Assembly (NCBI GenBank): GCA_019058315.1
Contig: JAHPZH010000001.1
Span: 32,001-96,000 of the forward strand
Source: Candidatus Helarchaeota archaeon
GTDB lineage: Archaea > Asgardarchaeota > Lokiarchaeia > Helarchaeales > RDOG01
DNA length: 64,000 bases
Direction: 5' to 3'
Under the pieces are notes generated by a model that saw only the letters and a program-made list of their open reading frames with translations, searched no databases and had not been told where the DNA came from. Made by a program: the position numbers and the translations under genes. Position 1 is the stretch's first letter. The number at the start of each line of letters is the position of its first letter. Below, piece by piece: positions 1 to 9,519 of this stretch.

Positions 1-2
1 AA

Positions 3-3000
3 TTTGAAGCAGAAATGACCAATAGAACTGCAATTTATATCCCCTTTCCCCAAGCAGTTCCCCGAAAAGCAGTTATTGATACTGAAAATTGCCTATATTT
101 TCAAAAAGGCATTTGTAAAGCATGCGAAAAATTTTGTCAAGCAGGAGCTATAGACTTCGAACAAAAAGATGAAGAAATTGAAGTCGAAGTCGCTTCAATA
201 GTTGTTGCTACAGGATTTGATTTAATTGATCCTTCTACAGTATCTGCTCGATTTGGTTATAAAAAATATCCCAATGTGGTGACTAGCCTTCAATATGAGC
301 GGATTCTGAGTGCCTCAGGACCTTATGGTGGAGAAGTATTGCGTCCTTCTGATAAAAAACATCCGCATAAAATAGCATTTATGTTATGTGTGGGCAGTCG
401 TAACACAGATAAGAAAGCCAAGTCTTATTGTAGTAAATTCTGTTGCATGTATAGTTGTAAGGATTCAATTATCACTAAGGAACATGCACCAGATGTAGAT
501 GTGACAATTTTTTATAATGACTTGAGAACTATTGGAAAAGGCCATGAGGAATTTTTTGTAAGAGCTGAAAATGAGTATGGTATTAATTTCATTAATGGTT
601 TACCTGCTTATATTGAAGAAGATCCTTTAACAAATGATCTGATTGTTCAATATGAAAATATCAAAGAGGGAACCATTCAAACTGAAACGTTCAATATGAT
701 TATTCTAGCACCAGCTGTAATTCCAAGAAGTGATTCAACTGAATTAGGGAAAATTTTAGGCATTAAAGTTGATGAAAACGGTTTTTTCGAGCCTACTAAT
801 TCAGCCAATATTCTTGAATCATCTGTTGAAGGAATATATCTTGTCGGATCTTGTCAGAGTCCAGAAGATATCTCACATTCGGTTGCAAAAGCATGTGGTG
901 CTTCGGCTCTAGCGGGTTCACGAGGTCGTCCTGATTTTGAAGTTGGAAAGAAGCTAGAAGTTCCAGAAAGGATAGTTTTACCCACTGATCCCCCAAGGAT
1001 AGGTGTATTTATCTGTCATTGTGGAATAAATATTGGTGGGGTTGTTGATGTCCCAAAAGTGGTAGAATATGTAAAAACACTCCCCAATGTTGTTTATGCT
1101 ACTGAAAATCTCTATACCTGTTCTGAAGATTCTCAAGTTCTTATAAAAGAGGCAATTGAAAAAAATGACCTTAATCGAGTAATCGTAGCAGCATGTACAC
1201 CAAGAACTCATGAGCCATTATTTAGGGAAACAATCAAAGAGGTTGGCTTAAATCCATATCTATTTACATTTGCAAGTATACGAGAACTTGTTTCTTGGGT
1301 TCATATGAAAGAACCTGAAGCCGCTACTGATAAAGCTAAAGATATGGTAAGAATGGCGATTTCACGATCAAGGTATTTAGAACCTCAAACTACAATTGAA
1401 GCTGATGTGAGACAATCTGTTCTAGTCATAGGAGGCGGAATCGCAGGGTTAAGTGCAGCTAATGCAATAGGAATTAGGGGCTATCGTGTGCATCTGATCG
1501 AACAAAAAGATCATTTAGGAGGTCTATTAACCGAACTTGATTCGATCAATTTTGAACGAATTAATGCTAAGGATTTTATCAACCAAGTAATCGAAAATGT
1601 AAAAGCTAATGCCCAAATAAAAATCTACACCAATACCATTATTAAAGACATTCATGGTTCAATTGGAGATTTTAATGTTGACCTTAATATTAATGGAGAA
1701 ATAAAAAACGTTAAAGTTGGGGCTATAATTGTAGCAGCAGGATCTGACCTATCTAAAGATGGTATATTTGGTTATGGAACTCATCCAAATATTTACACTC
1801 AACTTGAATTCATTAAGAAATTCGAAAATAAGGAATTTAAAGATGGTGAAAATTTCGCATTTATTCAGTGTGCAGGACAACGAGATCCAGAAGGATTGAC
1901 CTATTGTTCGAACATTTGTTGTGAAGTTGCAATAAAAAGTTCGATGCAGATTAAAGAAATCTATCCTAATTCTAATGTGTGTATCTTATATCGTGATATA
2001 CGAGTAGAACCTGAAGGGGAAGAATATTATCGAAAATCAAGAGAAAATACAGCTTATTTAAAATACGTAGAAAAACCAAGAGTTTCAGTTGGTTCTGATA
2101 ATAAAATTATGATTCAGGTCAAGAATGTATTGACTGGTTCAGATATAGAATTGCCTGTTGATCATTTAATTCTTGCAACTCCAATGATAGCTTATCCAGA
2201 TAATAAAAAACTTTCCGAATTTTTGAAAGTTCCTCTAGGACCGATGGGATTCTTCTTGGAAGCTCATCCAAAGCTAAGACCCGTCGATTTTGCTACAGAT
2301 GGAATTTTTGTTTGTGGTGCAGCTCAAAGTCCTAAAAATGTAGCTGATTCCATAAGTCAAGCATTAGGTGCTGCTTCTAGAGCGTTGCGATTCATTGAAA
2401 GAGGAAAGGTTGAGAGTGAAGCCATCACGGCGTGGGTGGACCCAAATCTATGTATAAGTTGCGGAATGTGTCAACATATTTGTCCATATGGTGCAATTGG
2501 AATTAGAGTTGAGGAAGGTAAAATAGTTTCCGAAGTAAATCAATTATTGTGTAAAGGTTGTGGAACATGTAGTGTTGTATGCCCTGCCCAAGCCATTACA
2601 ATGCGCCATTATGGTATGGAACCCATATTAGATATGGTTCATGAAGCAGTAGCGATACAACCACCTGAAGATGAACCAAGAGTTGTAGCTTTCTTGTGTA
2701 ATTGGTGTTGTTACGCCGGCGCAGATAATGCGGGTGTTAGTCGATTTCAATATCCACCTAATATCAGAGTGATAAGATTAATGTGTAGTGGTCGTGTTGA
2801 TCCACTATTTGTTCTCGAAGCATTTGCAAGTGGCGCAGATGGTGTATTCATCGGAGGATGCCACATAGGAGATTGTCACTATATTTCGGGCAACGAAAAG
2901 GCATATCGGAGAGTCATAAAGCTTAAAAAAACATTAGAAGAGGTGGGCATCGATCCTGCAAGATTTAAGTTAGAATGGGTATCGGCTAGTGAAGGCAAGA

Positions 3001-3089
3001 TTTTCCAAAAAGTAATAACTGAATTTGTTCAAGAGTTGAAAAAATTAGGTCCTAGTAAATTAAGACCAAAAATACTTGGAGGTAATTAA
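3..3089 (+). CDS. hdrA: Large HdrA-like FAD/4Fe-4S flavoprotein (duplicated HdrA modules) with C-terminal MvhD domain fused; 5'-partial
   Basis: Frame is open from the window edge. RIGVFICHCG, VIVAACTPRTHE, VIGGGIAG FAD motif, ferredoxin CxxCxxC motifs, and C-terminal FLCNWCCYAGAD...CSGRV...GCHIGDCHY (MvhD). Confidence 0.9.
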   Translation, partial: FEAEMTNRTAIYIPFPQAVPRKAVIDTENCLYFQKGICKACEKFCQAGAIDFEQKDEEIEVEVASIVVATGFDLIDPSTVSARFGYKKYPNVVTSLQYERILSASGPYGGEVLRPSDKKHPHKIAFMLCVGSRNTDKKAKSYCSKFCCMYSCKDSIITKEHAPDVDVTIFYNDLRTIGKGHEEFFVRAENEYGINFINGLPAYIEEDPLTNDLIVQYENIKEGTIQTETFNMIILAPAVIPRSDSTELGKILGIKVDENGFFEPTNSANILESSVEGIYLVGSCQSPEDISHSVAKACGASALAGSRGRPDFEVGKKLEVPERIVLPTDPPRIGVFICHCGINIGGVVDVPKVVEYVKTLPNVVYATENLYTCSEDSQVLIKEAIEKNDLNRVIVAACTPRTHEPLFRETIKEVGLNPYLFTFASIRELVSWVHMKEPEAATDKAKDMVRMAISRSRYLEPQTTIEADVRQSVLVIGGGIAGLSAANAIGIRGYRVHLIEQKDHLGGLLTELDSINFERINAKDFINQVIENVKANAQIKIYTNTIIKDIHGSIGDFNVDLNINGEIKNVKVGAIIVAAGSDLSKDGIFGYGTHPNIYTQLEFIKKFENKEFKDGENFAFIQCAGQRDPEGLTYCSNICCEVAIKSSMQIKEIYPNSNVCILYRDIRVEPEGEEYYRKSRENTAYLKYVEKPRVSVGSDNKIMIQVKNVLTGSDIELPVDHLILATPMIAYPDNKKLSEFLKVPLGPMGFFLEAHPKLRPVDFATDGIFVCGAAQSPKNVADSISQALGAASRALRFIERGKVESEAITAWVDPNLCISCGMCQHICPYGAIGIRVEEGKIVSEVNQLLCKGCGTCSVVCPAQAITMRHYGMEPILDMVHEAVAIQPPEDEPRVVAFLCNWCCYAGADNAGVSRFQYPPNIRVIRLMCSGRVDPLFVLEAFASGADGVFIGGCHIGDCHYISGNEKAYRRVIKLKKTLEEVGIDPARFKLEWVSASEGKIFQKVITEFVQELKKLGPSKLRPKILGGN

Positions 3090-3092
3090 AAA

Positions 3093-3761
3093 ATGATAAT
3101 AACTAAAGAAAAACCACTAGAAGAAATATATGCAATGTTAGAACCTCATAAAAAAATATTAATAATAGGTTGTGATGGTTGTTTTCAACCCCCACGCGGA
3201 CTTAAACAAGCAAATTTAACAGCAAAATTAATACAAATTAAGAGAAAACTTGAAAATAAAGGATTCGCGGCAAAAACTGCCACGGTTTTAAGACAATGCG
3301 ATGATGACATAACTGTTTCAACACTCAGACCAATATTGGATGACGAACAATTTGATGCAATTTTATCCCTAGCATGTGGTGTGGGAGTTCAAACGGTTGC
3401 TGAAATTTACGATATACCTGTCTATCCTGCTCAAAATACTTTATTTATGGGATCAAAAATAGGTGATGAGTTTCTCGAAAAATGCGCAGCATGTGGTGAT
3501 TGCCTTTTGGGCTATACTGGAGGTCTCTGTCCTATCGCTAATTGTGCAAAATCATTGGTTAATGGTCCATGTGGTGGCCCAATTGATGGGAAATGCGAAG
3601 TAGGTGAATACAAAAATCAATGTGCTTGGATAGAGATATATAAAAGATTAAATTCGCGTCCTGGTGGTTTAGAACTATTCATGAAATTTAGGACACCTGT
3701 TGATTATAGAAAACGTAGCAATCCACGAAAATCCGCAGAAGAGGTGATCGAGATTGAGTGA
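3093..3761 (+). CDS. metV: Methylenetetrahydrofolate reductase small subunit (MetV; MTHFR C-terminal-domain protein)
   Basis: IIGCDGC, LRQCD, SLACGVGVQ, CAACGDCLL..TGGLCPIANCAKSLVNGPCGG...C...CAW; overlaps the metF start. Confidence 0.88.
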   Translation: MIITKEKPLEEIYAMLEPHKKILIIGCDGCFQPPRGLKQANLTAKLIQIKRKLENKGFAAKTATVLRQCDDDITVSTLRPILDDEQFDAILSLACGVGVQTVAEIYDIPVYPAQNTLFMGSKIGDEFLEKCAACGDCLLGYTGGLCPIANCAKSLVNGPCGGPIDGKCEVGEYKNQCAWIEIYKRLNSRPGGLELFMKFRTPVDYRKRSNPRKSAEEVIEIE

Positions 3762-4686
3762 TAGAATATTCAGTAATTTAATGCGAGAAATTAAAGCTGG
3801 AAGATTCGCGTTTACAGGAGAATTGGAACCAGAGAAAACAACAAACTTACATGAATTAATTGAAGGTGCTAAAGTCATGAAGGACGCAGTGGTTGCTGCC
3901 AATGTCACGGATAATCCTCAATCAATGGCTTATATGTCTAGTCTAGTTGCTTCCTACTCCGTTCAAAAAGAATCTGGATTAGAAATGGTTTATCAATTGC
4001 GGTGTTCTGATAGAAATCGTATTGCATTAATATCGGATCTACTGGGAGCCGGTCATCTCGGAATTAGGAACATCCTTGCTCTCACGGGAGATCATACAGC
4101 TCTTGGGGATACACCTGAAGCAAAACCTGTTTTTGATCTTGATTCAGGTCAACTTTGTTATCTCATTCGTAAAATGGTTGACGAAGGTACTGATTTAAAT
4201 GGTAATGAAATCCATGACCCTCCAAAGTACCATGTTGGAGTAGCTGGAAATCCAAATTGCGTACCAATGGAAGCCGAAATATTAAAAATAGGCAGAAAAA
4301 TCCAAGCAGGAGCCGAATTCGTTCAAACTCAAGTAATTTATGACATTGAATTAGCAAAAAAATTCATAAAGGAAATAGAGCGTTATAAAACTCCTGTTTT
4401 AATCGGCATCTTTCCAATGAAATCCTATGGTGTAGCAAAATATTTTGATCAATATATTCCTGGTGTGAGCGTTCCTAAAGAGATACTTGAAAATATGAAA
4501 GCAGTGAAAAAATCAAATATGGAGAAGAAAGAGAAAAAACAAAAATATGCGGAGATTAACTTCGAATTTTTCGTTCCATTTATACGAGAACTGATGAAAA
4601 ACACTAAAGCCGCAGGAGTTCACGTCATGGCTGTTGCATGGGAACCAATCGTGGTTCAATTAATCAAAAGAGCCCGTGGCGAATAA
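3754..4686 (+). CDS. metF: Methylenetetrahydrofolate reductase (MetF)
   Basis: TGELEP, NVTDNP, CSDRNRIAL, NILALTGD, KIQAGAEFVQTQ, GVHVMA motifs. Confidence 0.92.
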   Translation: MSDRIFSNLMREIKAGRFAFTGELEPEKTTNLHELIEGAKVMKDAVVAANVTDNPQSMAYMSSLVASYSVQKESGLEMVYQLRCSDRNRIALISDLLGAGHLGIRNILALTGDHTALGDTPEAKPVFDLDSGQLCYLIRKMVDEGTDLNGNEIHDPPKYHVGVAGNPNCVPMEAEILKIGRKIQAGAEFVQTQVIYDIELAKKFIKEIERYKTPVLIGIFPMKSYGVAKYFDQYIPGVSVPKEILENMKAVKKSNMEKKEKKQKYAEINFEFFVPFIRELMKNTKAAGVHVMAVAWEPIVVQLIKRARGE

Positions 4687-4720
4687 TTTATTTTTTATTT
4701 TTTTAATTTTTACTAATTTT

Positions 4721-5182
4721 TTATATCTTTTCTGTAAATTCTTTTTGATATTCATTTAAAATAATACAATTTATCACTCTTTTTATACCCTCAATTTTTC
4801 CCACATATTGTTCTAAAAATCTATCTAAATGTGGAATATCAATAAAATTTGCTCGAACCCAAATACCACATTCTCCACTCATAAAAAATAAATGTTCTAC
4901 TTCCGAGAATCCCGATAATTTTTTTGCAATATCTCGGGTTTTAGAAATATCTGGATCTATTCTCAAAAAAGCTTTAATTTTTTTTTCCTTAGAGGGTAGA
5001 TTTACTTGAATTGTATATCTTGATATTACTCCTTTATCTTCTAAAGTTTTGATTCTTCTTCTAACTGTTGTTTCAGTCTTCCCAACTTCCTCAGCAATGA
5101 CTTTTAAAGAGATTTTAGCATCCTTTTTTAGAAATGTTAAAATTCTTTTGTCAATTTCATCCAAATTATATTCCTGTTCCAT
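4721..5182 (-). CDS. Lrp/AsnC family transcriptional regulator
   Basis: LDEIDKRIL..LKKDAK.S...IAEEVG..ETTVRRRIK.LE..GVI HTH followed by a RAM-like domain. Confidence 0.92.
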   Translation of the reverse strand: MEQEYNLDEIDKRILTFLKKDAKISLKVIAEEVGKTETTVRRRIKTLEDKGVISRYTIQVNLPSKEKKIKAFLRIDPDISKTRDIAKKLSGFSEVEHLFFMSGECGIWVRANFIDIPHLDRFLEQYVGKIEGIKRVINCIILNEYQKEFTEKI

Positions 5183-5312
5183 TCAAAAAACCCATTAAAA
5201 TTTGTTAAATTTCTAATATTATTATTAAAAAAATTTATAAAAATGTTATTTTTAATAAATAAAAATTTTTAATTTGTTAAAAAAACAAAATAAATTGAAG
5301 AATTTTATTAAT

Positions 5313-5507
5313 CATATCTTATAAATATCTTAGGTTAGATAATTCAAATTGAATTAACTTATGTATGACATTTAAATACTAAATAAATCCATTTGTATAA
5401 AATTATACATATCTTATTAAATATCATAGGTTAGATAATTCATATTAAATTTTACTTATGTACGACATTTAAATATGAAAATAAATCTATTTGTATAAAA
5501 TTATACA
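5313..5507. repeat. Tandem duplication of a ~96-bp intergenic unit, each copy ending in the palindrome TGTATAA-AA-TTATACA
   Basis: Copy 1 is 5313-5407 and copy 2 is 5408-5505 (both contain taggttagataattca...gacatttaaata...atttgtataaaattatac). Palindromes at 5394-5409 and 5492-5507. Confidence 0.9.
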
Positions 5508-5821
5508 CATTTATCACATAATATGTTAAAAAAGTTGGGAAATCTTATAAATAATAATACTGAATTTAATCATTTTTCAATAAAAAAAATCATGAAAAAT
5601 ATAAATCAATTATTAATTTGTTTTTTTTTTTACATTTTATACATTTATAAACAATATTTATGATCAAATTTATTTCTAAAGCAAATTTATGAATTTTATT
5701 TCATCAAAAATAATAAATTTTAACGCATTTTTGACTAAAAATGGAAGATTTTCCCACTCCGAAATATATAAAAAGCTTTGCATATTAGATTTATATAGAA
5801 AATAATGGATGTTGATGAAAA

Positions 5822-6271
5822 ATGGAATTGATTCAAAAAAGTATTGAAGTAAAACCGGTTATTGAAATACCAAAACTAAAATACCGAAATATTTTGTTAG
5901 ATATAATCTATTTATATTCCACAGTTGAACAAGAAAAATTAGAACAAACAAAAAAATATCCTGTAAAAGGCTCTCGATGTACTAAAAGAAGAGTACCCTC
6001 ATTAGCACCTGTTATGGCGATACTAAATAGAATGCAATATGTGGATGAAAAAATTAATTATTTAAGGGCTTATATAGACGGTCTTGAAAGAACAAGAGAA
6101 ACAATTTATTCTCAGAGAAGTCTTCCAAATATAATTGGTCAAGAAGATTATAGAGCACAAATGAGTGTCTATTTACAGGTTTATCCAGAAATGCTCAAGC
6201 TAGCTCGAAACAAACTTAGAGAGCTAGAAGATGAAAGATACGAAAACAAGACCCTAATTCATAAATTTTAA
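5822..6271 (+). CDS. Hypothetical helical protein
   Basis: 149-aa ORF with ATG start; no recognisable motif. Confidence 0.65.
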   Translation: MELIQKSIEVKPVIEIPKLKYRNILLDIIYLYSTVEQEKLEQTKKYPVKGSRCTKRRVPSLAPVMAILNRMQYVDEKINYLRAYIDGLERTRETIYSQRSLPNIIGQEDYRAQMSVYLQVYPEMLKLARNKLRELEDERYENKTLIHKF

Positions 6272-6406
6272 TCATTTTTTATTAATTTTAAAGTCAAACT
6301 CAAAATAACACATTTTATTTCTCATAATTTTCTAATTTATTAAATTTCATTACTACTTTTTTCACTCTATCGAAAGTGACTTTTTCCTGTCATTAATAGT
6401 AGGATA

Positions 6407-6808
6407 TTAAACCACTGGAATAGTTAATTTGAAAAGCTGAATATGCTTTTTAAAACTACTTCGACTCAATAGCTTATAAAAACCAGATTGAGTCGCTTTT
6501 TGCATATTCCCAGGGTCTAGAAAAACTTTGCGATCTAGAGCTGCATATAAAAGACGATCTCCATAGTCAACCAAATCTGTTGCCTCTAAAATATGCCGTA
6601 AAATGGAGAAATCAGAAAATTTTACCATCATTTCCCCTTTTCTATCAGTCAATTTAGCGATTTTTATAAAAAGTTGTTTCTCAATTCTTGTAATTTTAAT
6701 AATACAGTTATCTACTTTAATAAAAATAGTATCATCTTTAATAGGTCTCAATTTTTTAAATCTAGAAAATAAATCCTCATATAAGTCAACAACTTCTTGA
6801 CAATCCAT
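6407..6808 (-). CDS. Hypothetical protein (weak resemblance to the SCP2-like lipid-binding fold)
   Basis: 133-aa ORF divergent from the BAR-like triplet. The helix / beta-strand run / helix pattern is only suggestive. Confidence 0.6.
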   Translation of the reverse strand: MDCQEVVDLYEDLFSRFKKLRPIKDDTIFIKVDNCIIKITRIEKQLFIKIAKLTDRKGEMMVKFSDFSILRHILEATDLVDYGDRLLYAALDRKVFLDPGNMQKATQSGFYKLLSRSSFKKHIQLFKLTIPVV

Positions 6809-6951
6809 GTCTTTATTTTTAATTAATCAAATTATAAATTTATTTTTAACAAATAATACTTCAAAAAAATTTTAAGAAATGCAAATAATTAAAATATTCA
6901 ATTAAATTAGAAACAAATCAAAAACTATACTATTTACATATGGTGAAAAAA

Positions 6952-7617
6952 ATGCTTTTAGATATTGAAAGGCTGATTAATGAAGACATAGACTTAAGAA
7001 ATGAAATGCGTTCCATTTTCAGAAAGCTAGAAGATGGTTATGGCGATATGATTGAGGTATATGAAAAATTTGAAAAACCATTAATACAAATAATCGATAC
7101 TTTAAAAGAATACGCCAGACAAACCTCAGAAGACCAACAAGATTCCCCATATTTCGCCCTTGCTAAAAAATATGAGTCTTTAATTGACGCACAAAAGCAA
7201 CTCGCTCATACTGTAACAAATGATGTGATATTATTACTTCAAGGAATTGAGAACAAATCAGAACTTTTAAACGATTCGATTAAAGATTTAAATTCCGCTG
7301 CGAAAAACGCTAGAAAATTAAGGAACAAAATTAATAAATTAGATGAACAAATCGAGGAATTAAAAGCTAAAGGTAAACCTGAAAAGGTTCCCAAAAAAGA
7401 AAGCGAAAAACAGATTAAAACATCTGAATTCAATCTTGCGAGGGATAGACTTATTGAAGCAAAAGGGAAGTTTGAAGGTACTCTAGGAAATTTCAACATG
7501 GAACGGGACGATAGTCTAAAAGATGCTTTAGAAAAGTTAGCAGAAGCAGAAAACAAGTATGTAGATGCCTTGAAAGAAATAATTGACGAAGAAAAAGATG
7601 TTGCTGGAAAGCTCTAA
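6952..7617 (+). CDS. BAR-domain-like all-helical protein, paralogue 1
   Basis: ATG 6952 follows a GGTGA SD. Three long amphipathic helices, GKPEK tip, C-terminal F.....NFNMERD..LK.AL pattern; aligns end to end with the next two ORFs. Confidence 0.7.
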   Translation: MLLDIERLINEDIDLRNEMRSIFRKLEDGYGDMIEVYEKFEKPLIQIIDTLKEYARQTSEDQQDSPYFALAKKYESLIDAQKQLAHTVTNDVILLLQGIENKSELLNDSIKDLNSAAKNARKLRNKINKLDEQIEELKAKGKPEKVPKKESEKQIKTSEFNLARDRLIEAKGKFEGTLGNFNMERDDSLKDALEKLAEAENKYVDALKEIIDEEKDVAGKL

Positions 7618-7744
7618 TTATCCATTTATTTTTAACCACTTTTAATTTTTTTAGGATTTTAAATTTCAGATTTAATAAATTAACAAATAATAAAAGGAAA
7701 GAAATCAAATAAATAATTAAAAAATTGGATTGGGTGATATAAAA

Positions 7745-8491
7745 ATGAGTTATGATATTGACACGATTATTGCTGAAGATATCGACGTAAAAAATGAATT
7801 TAATACTATTTTTAAGAACCTTGAAGATGGTTTTAAAGGAATTTTAAGTGTCTATGAAAAACTTGAAAAACCTTATTTACAAATCAGTGAAAATCTTAAG
7901 GAATATGCTAAAGCGACTTCTGAATCTGGGAAAGAAGAATCTTCGCCGTTTTTTAGCCTTGGAAAAAAATATGAAACACTTATAGATAGTCATAAAGAGC
8001 TTTCTCACGATATTACAGACGATGTAGTAATTGTTTTGCAGACCTTAGTTAGTAAATCTGTACTTCTCAATGAAGAATTCAAAGTTTTAAATTCTAGCGT
8101 GAAAGATGTAAGAAATTTGAGAAATAAAATCGCTAAATTAGAGGTTCAAATAGAAGAAGCACATGGTAAAGGTAAACCTGATAAAGCTACAAAAAAGGAA
8201 GCTGAAAAGCAAATAAAACAGGATGAATTAGATTCAGCAAACACTAAATTAAAAAGTAAAAAAGAACATTTTGATAAAACAATCGCAGATTTTAATGAAG
8301 AACGGGATGAAATGTTGAAAAAAGCATTAAAGAAGTTGATAACAGCGGAAAATACACAAATAAAGGCAATAAATGGAATAATTGGTGGATTAGAGAAAGC
8401 TTCTGGAGAAAAAGTCGCTAAAAAGAAAGCCCCTGTCAAAGAAGAACCAGTAGAAGAAGCCCCTGCAGAAGAAGAAGACACTACTGTATAA
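7745..8491 (+). CDS. BAR-domain-like all-helical protein, paralogue 2 (acidic C-terminal tail)
   Basis: ATG 7745 follows GGGTGA. Shared EDIDVKNE, LEDG, LKEYA, SPFF, KKYE, DDV, GKPDK, DFNEERD motifs; extra KKAPVKEEPVEEAPAEEEDTTV tail. Confidence 0.7.
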   Translation: MSYDIDTIIAEDIDVKNEFNTIFKNLEDGFKGILSVYEKLEKPYLQISENLKEYAKATSESGKEESSPFFSLGKKYETLIDSHKELSHDITDDVVIVLQTLVSKSVLLNEEFKVLNSSVKDVRNLRNKIAKLEVQIEEAHGKGKPDKATKKEAEKQIKQDELDSANTKLKSKKEHFDKTIADFNEERDEMLKKALKKLITAENTQIKAINGIIGGLEKASGEKVAKKKAPVKEEPVEEAPAEEEDTTV

Positions 8492-8738
8492 TTAATACAA
8501 ATGGACTACACAAAAAATTCAAATATTACAATCAATTTCATATTTTTATTTTTTTTTTAGAAAATCTTGTTTTGTCTCAATTTTTTTTTTTAGATTCACA
8601 TTTTCTTATGTTCTATATCCTTTAAATTAAAAAAATGATTGGAGATTAAAATAAAATTAATAAAGTATAAAACTATAATAAAAGGAAATAGCAAATTAAA
8701 AATTAAAAGATTAAAGAATTAAAAATGGTGAAAATAAA

Positions 8739-9410
8739 ATGAGTTTTGATCTTGAACAATTAATTTCTGAAGATGTTGACGTAAAAAATGAAATGCATAA
8801 TATTTTCAAGCAGCTAGAAGATGGTTTTCAAGATATACTAAAAAATACTGAAAAATTCGAAGGTCCCTATAATAAAATTATTGAAAATTTAAAAGATTAT
8901 GCGAGAGTAACTACAACGACTGGCAACCAAGAGGATTCGCCATTCTTTGATGTGGCAAAAAAATATGAGGGACTTCTTGATGGTCATAAAGAATATATTC
9001 ATGATGTAACTGATGATGTAATTTTAGTATTGCAGCAATTGATAGGAAAATCCAAATTATTGGATGAAGCAATCAAGGAATTAAGTTCCGCTGCAAAAGA
9101 TGCTAGAAAATTAAAAAATAAACTTGAAAAAATCGATGAAGATATTTCAAACGCGCAAGCTCAAGGTAAATCTGATAAAGCAACAAAAAAACTAGCTGAA
9201 AAAGAAACGAAAACTGCAGAATTTAACTCTGCAAAAGATAAACTAGCAAGCATTTTGGAACGATTTAATGTTAAAATAGATGATTTTAATTCGGAACGAG
9301 ACGAATTAATGAAGAAATCATTAGGTGATTTAATCGCTTCAGAAAAGAAATTAATAGAAGCAATGCAATCAGTGCATGATGAGCTTGATAAAGCAGCGGG
9401 AAGCCTTTAA
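8739..9410 (+). CDS. BAR-domain-like all-helical protein, paralogue 3
   Basis: GGTGA upstream; same motif series (EDVDVKNE, LEDG, LKDYA, SPFF, KKYE, DDV, GKSDK, DFNSERD). Confidence 0.7.
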   Translation: MSFDLEQLISEDVDVKNEMHNIFKQLEDGFQDILKNTEKFEGPYNKIIENLKDYARVTTTTGNQEDSPFFDVAKKYEGLLDGHKEYIHDVTDDVILVLQQLIGKSKLLDEAIKELSSAAKDARKLKNKLEKIDEDISNAQAQGKSDKATKKLAEKETKTAEFNSAKDKLASILERFNVKIDDFNSERDELMKKSLGDLIASEKKLIEAMQSVHDELDKAAGSL

Positions 9411-9519
9411 AACTTTTTATTTTTTTTATTCTAATCTATTTTTCCCTTTAACTGATATTTTCTATAATTCTTATTATCTTTTTTTTATTAAAATTAGAAA
9501 TTACCCGTTGCATCGGGGA

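Noticed and set aside
5313-5507. Mini-CRISPR or replication origin
   Set aside because: Two contiguous units with no spacer; no ORB-like G-string and no cdc6 nearby.
6952-9410. Triplet as ESCRT-III/Snf7, PspA or SMC fragments
   Set aside because: No basic-N/acidic-C Snf7 layout, no MIM motif, no ATPase motifs and no Vps4 nearby. The three-helix pattern fits BAR better, but this is not excluded without modelling.
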